In this document: positions 48,954 through 57,520 of the stretch, in pieces
Position numbering within the stretch: position 1 is the stretch's first letter
How the letters are laid out: each line of letters starts with the position of its first letter
IMG/VR virus record: IMGVR_UViG_3300009168_000043
From: an uncultured virus (IMG/VR IMGVR_UViG_3300009168_000043)
Taxonomy: Duplodnaviria > Heunggongvirae > Uroviricota > Caudoviricetes
DNA: 64,000 nucleotides
Reading direction: 5' to 3' (one strand)
Translations under genes and position numbers: made by a program
The notes under the pieces: model-generated
What the model was told of the DNA's origin: nothing
Database searches by the model: none
What the model saw: only the letters and a program-made list of their open reading frames with translations

Positions 48954-49484
48954 TTATAATCCAAAGAATCCACCTGGGTTTACTTTAGGAACGTGCACAT
49001 CTTCTTCGATTGGTACGGCTTTTATGTAATTGTAAGAACCCAATCCTCTGCTGCCAGAATCTGTGACTGCAAAGATGTATGTACCATCCAATGGGACATC
49101 ATATATGGTTGGGAATATGCTGTCGTTCCATAAGTTACCTAACAGACAACGAGATGTATAGTTCTTGCCCTCCCCTTGATAGTTCCAGATGTAAGGATCA
49201 TACACGTTCCAGCTGGCTTTTTTTGATTTTAAACACGTTATGTGTTCGTTTATCTCGCTTAGCAAACTATCAGCTCTACCGTGATGATAGTACTTCACAT
49301 CGTTCTTTTTCATGAACAAAAGAACTGCCAGCTCTCTTTTAACGTTTTTCTTTCTTTCTTTTTCCAACCGTTTCTCTTCTTTCTCGTACATTATCTGTTC
49401 TTTTCTATAAAGACGATGTTCACGAGCTGCTTCTTTTTCTTCTTTAGTGGGTTGATACCTTTTGAAACCTTCTGGATGTGGCAT
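48954..49484 (-). CDS. Hypothetical protein
   Basis: 176 aa ORF after promoter near 49520. Confidence 0.7.
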   Translation of the reverse strand: MPHPEGFKRYQPTKEEKEAAREHRLYRKEQIMYEKEEKRLEKERKKNVKRELAVLLFMKKNDVKYYHHGRADSLLSEINEHITCLKSKKASWNVYDPYIWNYQGEGKNYTSRCLLGNLWNDSIFPTIYDVPLDGTYIFAVTDSGSRGLGSYNYIKAVPIEEDVHVPKVNPGGFFGL

Positions 49485-49576
49485 GACGTATACAGTTTGA
49501 ATTATTTAATTTGATTAGGTAAATATATCAAAAATTATTTTAATAAGAAAATCTTTTATTAACTATTTATAAAAAG

Positions 49577-49861
49577 TTAATCACCCAATGGGTTTGCCCA
49601 ACCACCATGATCTTTAAAGTTTTCCTTTCCATACGATGATAATCCAACATTCGGACCGAATGTGTGTCTATTTTGTAGTTTTTTCATTTTAGTGGAAATT
49701 TCTTCGGGTAAGATCTGCAGCTCACAGTATTCAGTCTTACCAGATATGACAGTAAACCCTCCAACTTTAGACACATCTGAACATGCAGTACAGGTTCTTG
49801 TTTTTGGCAAAGCTTTAAGACGACCTTCGGCAATTTCTCTGCCACAAACTTCACAGATCAT
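49577..49861 (-). CDS. DksA/TraR C4-type zinc finger protein
   Basis: CEVCGREIAEGRLKALPKTRTCTAC. Confidence 0.85.
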   Translation of the reverse strand: MICEVCGREIAEGRLKALPKTRTCTACSDVSKVGGFTVISGKTEYCELQILPEEISTKMKKLQNRHTFGPNVGLSSYGKENFKDHGGWANPLGD

Positions 49862-49960
49862 ACGTTTGGTTTTATATTTGTTTAACCAAAAATAATAAAA
49901 ATATAATTAATATGAAAATCTTTTGCCATTTTTTTAAAACTATTTTATGTTATCACATCA

Positions 49961-50040
49961 TTTCCCTGTGAAGAAAACTGAGGTAGTGCACGTAAACTAA
50001 CAGCTTACTGCTTTCCCTGTGAAGAAAACTGAGGTAGTGC
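49961..50040. repeat. Perfect 29-bp direct repeat x2 with 22-bp spacer
   Basis: TTTCCCTGTGAAGAAAACTGAGGTAGTGC at 49961-49989 and 50012-50040. Confidence 0.9.
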
Positions 50041-50139
50041 TGGCTGTAATCATCGATAAATATAAGACGTGCTAAAACAGAAGATCTTTGTTATGTCTTA
50101 AATTTAAGATGAAAATTAAAAAACCTATCACCTCACACA

Positions 50140-50241
50140 TCAGTGTTTATCACACACGCTTTCAGACATTCTCTGATCACCTTTAGATTATTTTTAATGG
50201 TATTATACCACCCAATTCCCACACCATCAGAGCGCATCTGA
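50140..50241. repeat. Phased TCAGA/TCTGA element, copy 7
   Basis: TCAGA 50162, TCTGA 50172; TCAGA 50227, TCTGA 50237. Confidence 0.6.
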
Positions 50242-50542
50242 AAAGCGAATTTAAACACAATAAAGATGATCAGAAAAAGAACAAAACAAAAGGGCAGTAA
50301 CACATTGAGTGCCCTACCCTACCCTTTTGCCTATGGACGATCAGTTACAGAAAACAGAAACCCGATGTTTGTAAATCTGGGTTCCAATGAAAACCTACAA
50401 TTGGATGGCTTTGTTCGTTTTTGGTTAAACACGTTGATTACTTAATCAACGTATTGTGAACCTGAATTTCTTTCTATTGATAGATTAAATCAGAACGCGA
50501 ATTAGACTGTGATTCTGAAGATTTAAAGCATCAATAATCTGC

Positions 50543-50701
50543 TTACACTGGAATACTAACAAGTTGCCAGTCGTTTGGATCCTTTACAGAGTTAGCCATT
50601 ATGAGCGTGGCATGTCTTTCATCTCCATAACACTCTACTGTAAAAGTGACACGTGAAACACCGCGTATGTTCTTAAAGATGTAAGTTTTTAATGGTGGCA
50701 T
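50543..50701 (-). CDS. Small hypothetical protein (52 aa)
   Basis: Start moved to MPPLKTYIF; the upstream part of the track ORF lies in a GC-rich structured region. Confidence 0.5.
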   Translation of the reverse strand: MPPLKTYIFKNIRGVSRVTFTVECYGDERHATLIMANSVKDPNDWQLVSIPV

Positions 50702-50728
50702 AAGATTAGTATTTATACAGTTAAAAAC

Positions 50729-51005
50729 AAGAGGGAGTCTGCCGGATTGTGCTGTACCGAACGGTATCGGATTGTGCTGTACCGGGAGAACTCCCTCCGC
50801 CTGATGGTTCCACGGATCATATATATTCGGTGCCCGATTGCCGGAAGCGCTTATATCTAGAATCATGCGCGCCGGACTGGCGTTACCGAGGAACCTTTTA
50901 CCCGCCAAGATAATAATAAAACCGCAATTCCACAGGATGCCCCGACATGATAGTCGATTACGTTGGGCGATTCGGAAGCGGCAACGGCCAGCGGGATTAT
51001 CTACA
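50729..51005 (-). ncRNA. Candidate structured RNA with twin identical repeats
   Basis: GC-rich island; GAGGGAGT (50731-38) pairs with ACTCCCTC (50790-97) enclosing CGGATTGTGCTGTACCG x2 (50743-59, 50768-84); T-run follows on minus strand. Confidence 0.4.
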
Positions 51006-51008
51006 TAT

Positions 51009-51038
51009 AACAGGGTCGGAAATGTTACCGACCCTGTT
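51009..51038 (-). terminator. Hairpin terminator downstream of the 51056 gene
   Basis: AACAGGGTCGG AAATGTTA CCGACCCTGTT. Confidence 0.65.
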
Positions 51039-51055
51039 TGTCTTTCCGCGCCGGA

Positions 51056-51526
51056 TTAAACTGTTGCTTCAGAAGAAGCAGCTTCGGCAACCGGGGCAGT
51101 TTCAGCAGGAACAATAACGGTAAGATCTTTTTCGAAGCGGTAGTAACGGTTTCCGTTAGCTCCTTTGATCTTTGCTTCCTGGCGTTCTGGTTTGGCATAA
51201 AAATCGAAGATACGTTGTACCTTACCGGTAGTCATCTTTGCATCCGGCTTGCTCGATTCTTTGAAAGAAACTTCGGTACCTACGCGGATTCCTTTGGTGT
51301 CATCTTTGAAAGATTCGATGGTCCGGGTGGTTTCGTTCGGTTTGTTTTTTGCTTTCTTTTCAACTGCGGGAGCGGCTTCTGATGTTACAGCTTCTGCTGC
51401 AATCATTTCCTGAGCGGCTTCAACGGGAGCTTCAACTTTTTCAACTGCAGGAGCTTGAACTTCAACTGCTACTTCTTCTGCAACTGCGGCAGAACTTGCG
51501 TGATTTTTTTTGTTTTTGTTTGACAT
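51056..51526 (-). CDS. Paralog family C
   Basis: Ala/Glu-rich N-terminus; KPNETTRTIESFKDDTKGIRVG ... GKVQRIF ... RQEAKIKG.NG.RYYRFEKD. Confidence 0.85.
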   Translation of the reverse strand: MSNKNKKNHASSAAVAEEVAVEVQAPAVEKVEAPVEAAQEMIAAEAVTSEAAPAVEKKAKNKPNETTRTIESFKDDTKGIRVGTEVSFKESSKPDAKMTTGKVQRIFDFYAKPERQEAKIKGANGNRYYRFEKDLTVIVPAETAPVAEAASSEATV

Positions 51527-51557
51527 CTTCTTTGTTTTTTAGAAGTGAATAATTAAA

Positions 51558-51862
51558 TAATTTCGATATGTAAATGTAATACAATTTCGCGTAATAAAAA
51601 AATCTTTTAGCAATTATTTTTAGAACTTTTTGAACTTTTTTTAAACTTCAACTTCAAAGTTTTCTTTCATCCAATTACCGAAGTCAGGCGCTTGAACTGC
51701 ATCGGACATTTCCATTTCCAAAGCAAGCGTATCAGATTCAAAGGCTTCTCCAGCTATGAAAGCTGCTCTCATGTCTGATAAAGTGTAAAGTTTTTCTTCC
51801 ATCTTATGTGTTTTTTTTAATTTCGATATGTAAATGTAATACAATTTCGCGTAATAAAAAAA
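51558..51862 (-). repeat. Identical 45-bp promoter-containing repeat x2 (51558-51602, 51818-51862)
   Basis: TAATTTCGATATGTAAATGTAATACAATTTCGCGTAATAAAAAAA; related copy near 52155-52198. Confidence 0.85.
51641..51802 (-). CDS. Small acidic hypothetical protein
   Basis: Start moved to MEEKLY; own promoter. Confidence 0.65.
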   Translation of the reverse strand: MEEKLYTLSDMRAAFIAGEAFESDTLALEMEMSDAVQAPDFGNWMKENFEVEV

Positions 51863-51899
51863 CCTTTCGCCAACTATTTTCGAACTATTTTATAGATCT

Positions 51900-52133
51900 T
51901 TAGTTGCCATAGTTCACCTCAAAGTCTATATACTCGTATCCGTAATGGGATTCGAACCAGGCCGCGATCTCTAAGATCTGTTCTGGAAAGTACCCCTCAT
52001 CATCACGTCTAGCAGTCGGCAGTCCAGTGATGGAACTGTAGTGCTTGTGGCAGTAGTTGGATACCTGCGCCATGTTAGGCTCGAGACCATACTCCTTGAT
52101 GATGTTTGCGACGTGTTCGTTTATCTTCTTCAT
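51900..52133 (-). CDS. Hypothetical protein
   Basis: Start moved to MKKINE; own promoter. Confidence 0.65.
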   Translation of the reverse strand: MKKINEHVANIIKEYGLEPNMAQVSNYCHKHYSSITGLPTARRDDEGYFPEQILEIAAWFESHYGYEYIDFEVNYGN

Positions 52134-52233
52134 TGTGATCTTTATTTGTTTTATTTTCGATAAGTAAAAGTAACAAATATTCACGTAATAAAAAAACCTT
52201 TTGCCAACTATTTTATAACTATTTTACGCTTTA

Positions 52234-52324
52234 TCAGACACCCTCAGACGATGCACCATATTAAAGGTATTAATATACCACAATACCATCTCACGTAATC
52301 TGTCACCAACAGATTATTGTCAGA
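52234..52324. repeat. Phased TCAGA/TCTGA element, copy 8
   Basis: TCAGA 52234, 52244; TCTGT 52299, ACAGA 52309, TCAGA 52320. Confidence 0.6.
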
Positions 52325-52428
52325 AACGATCGAATGGTGTTTTTTCTTACAATTCCAATAAAAAAAGGGAGGAAAGCCCAATCATAAGCTACTCCTCCCA
52401 ACTATACAAATGCTACTTACTTCCAGTT

Positions 52429-52875
52429 TCAGTTCCTCACACCCCTAACGTACCAGTTCTCAAGCGTGACGAATCCATTTGTGTGCTCTTCCAACCTGTA
52501 CCTTCCTCGTATGGTTTCCAGTTCTCTCTGTATGATCTTCTGTTTGATAGGGTCAAGACGATATACCTCGTTATAGTTAAGCGGACTGTCAACATCACAC
52601 AGCTGCATTATCCTCTTCATTCTATCCATGATGTCTAACCACACATCGTTCATTCCAGCCTGAACCTCTTCTCTTAACTTTTCAGATGGTGTATACCTCC
52701 ATATCAGATCTCCCATGATCTCAACGTTCCTAGCCACGGTCTGTGAGTACTGTTTCTTCTTTTCTTCCATTATCGAACCGATTTCAGATGGTATAACGGT
52801 TGATGGAAACGTATCGATCGTTATCTTTCTAATCGGTTCAAACTCCTGTTGGTGTGGTGAATACGTCTTTTTCAT
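52429..52875 (-). CDS. Hypothetical protein
   Basis: ATG ORF overlapping the upstream stop. Confidence 0.7.
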   Translation of the reverse strand: MKKTYSPHQQEFEPIRKITIDTFPSTVIPSEIGSIMEEKKKQYSQTVARNVEIMGDLIWRYTPSEKLREEVQAGMNDVWLDIMDRMKRIMQLCDVDSPLNYNEVYRLDPIKQKIIQRELETIRGRYRLEEHTNGFVTLENWYVRGVRN

Positions 52876-53489
52876 CGCGGGCTGTATTTATAGATTGCTT
52901 GCACGTACCTTTCTCTGTTCATCAGTTCCTTGAGCCTCTCGTTCTTCCAGTGTTGAGACCTTATCCAGCTCTCTAAATCGGTACCATCGAACGGTACGTC
53001 TTCTACCCTGTCTCCCAACACCCTTACGTAACATATATCCATTATCTTAAGAATACTAACAACAAGCCTTGCGTCTTCCTGCTTCGTAGTATCTATGATG
53101 GACTTTATTTCGGTTGCCATCTCTAATATCTTTTGGGCGTCCCTTACTGCCCTATCGTACTCCGAGTGCAGGTTCTGATAGTGAGTGTCCATGTGAGATA
53201 TAGAAGTACACAGTTCCAACAACCTCTCGATCTGTGTCTGTTTCGGCTCATCGTAGAATATGTCTCCATACACATCGTACCTGACAGAATCTTCCATCTC
53301 ACTGTAAGTGCTGTTAGCATACTCCCTACGTAACTGATCAAGAGTCCTCTTCTTCGGCAACCTCTCGAAATGATCTACCTCTCCCAATCTCTTTTTTCTT
53401 CTAAGCTCCCGAGATGCTTTCTTTACATCGTAAGGTTCGGGAACTGGTACCGATTCTACTCCTATTGGTTCGTACATCTTGTTTTTCAT
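52872..53489 (-). CDS. Hypothetical coiled-coil protein
   Basis: Start moved to MKNKMY after promoter. Confidence 0.7.
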   Translation of the reverse strand: MKNKMYEPIGVESVPVPEPYDVKKASRELRRKKRLGEVDHFERLPKKRTLDQLRREYANSTYSEMEDSVRYDVYGDIFYDEPKQTQIERLLELCTSISHMDTHYQNLHSEYDRAVRDAQKILEMATEIKSIIDTTKQEDARLVVSILKIMDICYVRVLGDRVEDVPFDGTDLESWIRSQHWKNERLKELMNRERYVQAIYKYSPR

Positions 53490-53579
53490 AACGGTATTTG
53501 TTTTAATTTCGATAGGTAAATATAACAATTCCTTTCGACACTCCAAAACCCTAGACCAACTATTTCACAACTATTTTTG

Positions 53580-53924
53580 CTACTTAGGTTCATCCGCAAT
53601 CACGTACAGGTAACCTATCATACCGTTCTTCTTCCTGTCTGATCGAGTAGTTACCCACACGAACTGTACAGTGAACTCCTTTCCGGTCTCCCACTCATCT
53701 ATACCGATCATCGTGATCGTCTGCGTGGCTCCGGTAGAATACCTCTCCGTAACGGTCTTTCCAGAGTACCGCTCACTGAGCCCCTTCACCATGTTTAACA
53801 ACCTGTCACCCTTCACATCAAACACTGGATAACCATAATCACTGGCATCAGGATAGATCCTGTGAGAGCTTCTCTCAACTTCTCTGACTCCGAACAACAA
53901 CTCTTTGTAAACTGACATGGTCAA
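53580..53924 (-). CDS. Hypothetical protein
   Basis: ORF in packed run. Confidence 0.65.
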   Translation of the reverse strand: MTMSVYKELLFGVREVERSSHRIYPDASDYGYPVFDVKGDRLLNMVKGLSERYSGKTVTERYSTGATQTITMIGIDEWETGKEFTVQFVWVTTRSDRKKNGMIGYLYVIADEPK

Positions 53925-54103
53925 ACCTCCTCTAAAAATAACGTTACCGGACCAAACTCGTTGTTCTTAACCCTTTCGTGATAGTGCTCGTAAACTATCC
54001 TACCCTCAACGTCTCCCTCCGTGTTACCCGGAACAGAAAGTATGCTTTCTCTGTACAGCTCCCAAGTCGGTTGGGCAAATGCTCTGATCTCTTCCTCTTT
54101 CAT
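53921..54103 (-). CDS. Hypothetical protein
   Basis: ATG ORF. Confidence 0.6.
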   Translation of the reverse strand: MKEEEIRAFAQPTWELYRESILSVPGNTEGDVEGRIVYEHYHERVKNNEFGPVTLFLEEV

Positions 54104-54121
54104 GATCTTATATTTAGACGA

Positions 54122-54403
54122 TTAATAGTTCTCTTCTATGTGCTTCTCTAACAGGGCCACGCACTCTTGATAAGTTCCGGAACCCAACACGATCTGTGAC
54201 CGCCCCCAGTTTACTAATGCTTCACATGAGATGTTTATCACTTCCATGTTAACCGGATCGACTGTCGCAGTAGTGTTAATGTAGAACGCATCGGCCTTCC
54301 CAGTTTCAAGGTTCAAAAGCGGATACACCAACTGTCTGTGTTCAAAGAATATCAGGTTCCTTGCAGGCTTTTTCAACTTATCCAGTGCTTCTTGCTTGTT
54401 CAT
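54122..54403 (-). CDS. Hypothetical protein
   Basis: ATG ORF after repeat promoter. Confidence 0.7.
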   Translation of the reverse strand: MNKQEALDKLKKPARNLIFFEHRQLVYPLLNLETGKADAFYINTTATVDPVNMEVINISCEALVNWGRSQIVLGSGTYQECVALLEKHIEENY

Positions 54404-54478
54404 AGTTACGTTTTATTTAATTTGATTAGGTAAATGTAACAATTCCTTTCGACACTCCAAAACCCTAGACCAACTATT

Positions 54479-54811
54479 TTACAACTCTTTCAACGTGATC
54501 TTTTTCAACATCTCTTCGAGCTTGTCATCCGGCATCTTCTCTACCAGGGCTACTATAAGTGTTGTAGAATCATAAGGTCTTACCCTTCTCTTTATGACCT
54601 TGAGAACAAAGGCCATCACCATCTTCATAAAGCCATTGGTAATGTCACTGATCGGCTCCTTACTGTAATCTTTGAAACCATCAGCTTTACTATCGTAAAG
54701 CTCTACCGAAACGTCCTCTTCCATCTTGCTTAACACTCCACGAACTATCAGATTGGCTCCTTTCGAACCACCAAGATCTATATTTATGCTGTACCTTCTT
54801 CTCTTTCCCAT
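54479..54811 (-). CDS. Hypothetical protein
   Basis: ATG ORF. Confidence 0.65.
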   Translation of the reverse strand: MGKRRRYSINIDLGGSKGANLIVRGVLSKMEEDVSVELYDSKADGFKDYSKEPISDITNGFMKMVMAFVLKVIKRRVRPYDSTTLIVALVEKMPDDKLEEMLKKITLKEL

Positions 54812-54866
54812 GACTATCCCGTTTTAAACGTTACACTTATTGAACTCGTTTTCCCACTCTTCTCTT

Positions 54867-55232
54867 CTACTCAACATAAGGCCTCGGATCTTCACTCCAT
54901 CCGAACAGCGTACCATCCTTCATCGCCCTCCAAGACGCTATCCTAGCCTTCTTGAACTGGTACGGATACACTTCCCTCTTGTAATCTTCTACCGACTTGA
55001 TTGGTATCAGTACAGGAGCTCCACTCTCCCAACTCACGATACAGTAAGAGTAACACTCTATAGACTCCCCTACGAATCCACTGAAGCTTGACACAGCTTC
55101 CAACAACATACGAGAACCGTGCAACCTCTGTGAATCAACGACTGCATCTTTCATCCACCAATCGCTACTGTCTCTCAACACTTCTCCTACCGATAACGGA
55201 TATCTTTCTTCAACGTCTTCTTTCTTTGCCAT
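54867..55232 (-). CDS. Hypothetical protein
   Basis: ATG ORF after repeat promoter. Confidence 0.65.
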   Translation of the reverse strand: MAKKEDVEERYPLSVGEVLRDSSDWWMKDAVVDSQRLHGSRMLLEAVSSFSGFVGESIECYSYCIVSWESGAPVLIPIKSVEDYKREVYPYQFKKARIASWRAMKDGTLFGWSEDPRPYVE

Positions 55233-55336
55233 GATTGATTTATTAAATTTGATTAGGTAAATATAACAATTCCTTTCGACACTCCAAAATCCTTTTCAAA
55301 CTATTTTCCAACTATATTCAAACTGTTTTTCTCTAC

Positions 55337-55375
55337 ACTCAGACACCACTCAGACACCACTCAGACACCCTCTGA
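55337..55375. repeat. Tandem 11-mer ACTCAGACACC x3 (phased TCAGA array)
   Basis: TCAGA at 55339, 55350, 55361; TCTGA at 55371. Confidence 0.8.
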
Positions 55376-55988
55376 CTCACCCTTCTCCACAATCCACATG
55401 TACAACCATCCCCACACCCTCGCATCACCCTGTCATCCCCCTCACTCAACTTCCCAGATTCAAAAAATACATCTCACACCCAACTCTCGCCCCCTCTTCA
55501 AGACATTCTACATTTTCCCCTAAACAGACACCAGAACCTCATTAACCAAACAAACACACTAGGACACTATCTAAGACACACTGTCCTACCTACTCCAATC
55601 ACTCTTCTCTTCTCACCACTTTCGTGCAGAACAAGACATCCCAGTGAACTTCAACATCAGGTGCTCACACTACATCTCATCCATAAGAACACTAACATCA
55701 AACCACCACATCACCAGACTCTAATACAACACAACAACCAACAGAACCAACTCACAGAACATCACAAAAAACAATATCACTGGGTTTTGAACTCGGGACG
55801 AAAAAATTCAAGAAAGGTGGACGACTAAGTGCGTCAGCGCGTGTCTGTCGTCTCACTCAGTGCACCCAATCTCACCAGACACGTAGCTACACCATCAAAA
55901 AGAGCTCATCGTCTGAGTGTATCTGAGTGGTACCCTGACAATTGAACCGCTGTAGCGCCGTCGAGAAAAAGTTTTGTAACTTTTAGTG

Positions 55989-56026
55989 AAAAGATTTTTA
56001 ATTCCCAAATACATTGGTTATATTTG
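55989..56026 (+). promoter_or_regulatory. Bacteroidota-type promoter on the plus strand pointing into an ORF-free region
   Basis: AAAAGATTTT followed by TATATTTG at 56019-56026, same architecture as the minus-strand promoters. Confidence 0.7.
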
Positions 56027-56032
56027 TAATGT

Positions 56033-56600
56033 CATTAAGGTAAATAGTACGGTCGGTGACACACAAAGCTACACAGCAACACACAGACACATTTACAGAC
56101 GGGTTGGGGATCGCTGTTGACGGTTCCCCAGAGGGTAGACTCCGTCCTGCTTTATATTATAAAGCGTGTTTTCATTCAAAATAACGTCAGTTAGAAGAAA
56201 ACGACACAGCTAACCATAATGTTTGTGGTCTTATCATCCAATGAGTTGTACGTCGCTATCACGGTTTTGCCCGACGGCTCGAGTCTTACGGTTAAAAATC
56301 TGGGATTCTGGAACTCCAATCAGTTAGGGTACCTCGGAATCACGTGAAGGAGCAGAAGAAGTGTTAGGCCCGTGAAGATCTCCCGTGAGTGTCTTCACAT
56401 AGTGCATCTGGATGGTCTCGAAGACACACAACGGATGCAAGTACGGAGACGATAACCGTAGAAGCTGAGGTGCACCGCTGTGGTAAGCCCTCTCGAACCG
56501 TGTGGTCTCAGACGTGTGCAGACTGAGAGGCGCTTCTGGATTACACCCGGTATCTACTCCTTCGTAAAAAGGAGGGATCTAACCAATCCCTCCTTTCTGT
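56033..56600 (+). ncRNA. Candidate ~560-nt structured ncRNA
   Basis: Bracketed by a promoter and a terminator hairpin; no credible ORF; many nested helices (listed in findings). Confidence 0.6.
56566..56598. terminator. Bidirectional intrinsic terminator
   Basis: AAAAAGGAGGGAT CTAACCA ATCCCTCCTTT between the convergent ncRNA candidate and the 56621 gene. Confidence 0.75.
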
Positions 56601-56620
56601 GTTGTTTTCCGAAGTGTACC

Positions 56621-57256
56621 TTAGGCCTTTGCTTCTGTACCTTCGGTTTCTTTGTTAGCTTCCGGGGCCTGTACCGGTTCGATGGGTGCCGGAACGAAGA
56701 GGTTGATCTCTTCCTCGAACCTGTAAACCCTGTTACCGTTGTCCCCTAAGATCTTGGCTTCCTGACGAGGAGCTCCTTTGTGTTTGTACTTAGCCTCGTC
56801 GTAAAATTGGAAGATGCGTTGTACCGTACCCAGGCAGGTCTTGTTTGTGCCCTTTTCGGTGTAGGTGACCCGGGCGAGAGGGTTTTCCTTGGTGCCGGCC
56901 CGGATTCCCTTGGTGTCGATCGTGAAGGCCGGAATGGTGAAGGTGGTCTCACCTGGCTTCTTCTTTTCGATCTTTTCAACGGGAGCTTCAGGAGCATCGG
57001 GAGCTTTTTCTTCGGGAGCTTTTTCTTCGGGTGCGGAAGATCCTTCGGTTGTTCCAGTGGTGGCATCGCTAGCCACACCGGCCTGAAGGGTTTCTACTGC
57101 TCCCTGTGAAGCTTCCTTAGGTGCGCTAAGGCCAGCCATCCGGGTCTTCAACTGTTGCTTCTGGACTGCGGTCAGGTTTTTTACTGCCATTGCCACTGTA
57201 CACTCTTCCATTGTCATCTTAGAGATGGCGTCTTTTGTAACGTTCTTTGCTTCCAT
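56621..57256 (-). CDS. Paralog family C
   Basis: KPGETTFTIPAFTIDTKGIRAG ... GTVQRIF ... RQEAKILGDNGNRVYRFEEEI; A/E/P/K-rich linker. Confidence 0.85.
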   Translation of the reverse strand: MEAKNVTKDAISKMTMEECTVAMAVKNLTAVQKQQLKTRMAGLSAPKEASQGAVETLQAGVASDATTGTTEGSSAPEEKAPEEKAPDAPEAPVEKIEKKKPGETTFTIPAFTIDTKGIRAGTKENPLARVTYTEKGTNKTCLGTVQRIFQFYDEAKYKHKGAPRQEAKILGDNGNRVYRFEEEINLFVPAPIEPVQAPEANKETEGTEAKA

Positions 57257-57278
57257 AATGATAATTAATTAATGATGA

Positions 57279-57520
57279 GTAAATATAACAATATTCTCCG
57301 GGATAAAAAAATCCGGATGAACTTTTTTTGCAACTTTTTTTCCAGTATGTCAAAGACCTTTTTGTTCCATTTTCGATAAGTAAAGGTAACCATTTTCTCC
57401 GGGATAAAAAAACTTTTGGTGAACTTTTTTTAAACTTTTTTTGGTGACCTTTAAAAGAACTTTTTGTTTTATTCCAATGATTAAAAGTAACCATTTTCTC
57501 CGGGATAAAAAAACTTTTCG
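57279..57520 (-). repeat. Three promoter-like repeats with 101-bp period
   Basis: TTCTCCGGGATAAAAAA at 57294, 57395, 57496. Confidence 0.8.

Larger units (their letters stand above)
53513..55289 (-). repeat. Promoter-containing direct repeat x3 (53513-53565, 54427-54479, 55254-55289)
   Basis: TAGGTAAAT(A/G)TAACAATTCCTTTCGACACTCCAAAA(CCCTAGACCAACTATTT). Confidence 0.85.

Noticed and set aside
49961..50040. CRISPR array
   Set aside because: Only two repeats, a 22-bp spacer, no palindrome and no cas genes; kept as an unexplained repeat
50702..50908. N-terminal 69 codons of the 121-aa TTG ORF
   Set aside because: Lies in the GC-rich stem/repeat island; an AT-rich leader and ATG at 50701 give a better start
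9..55091. Plus-strand ORFs in the track (e.g. 408, 4134, 9918, 18922, 33086, 40550, 51038)
   Set aside because: Antisense shadows of well-supported minus-strand genes, with no motifs or promoters
56033..56600. RNase P RNA or group I/II intron
   Set aside because: No GAGGAAAGUCC P4 motif, no recognisable intron core and no interrupted gene
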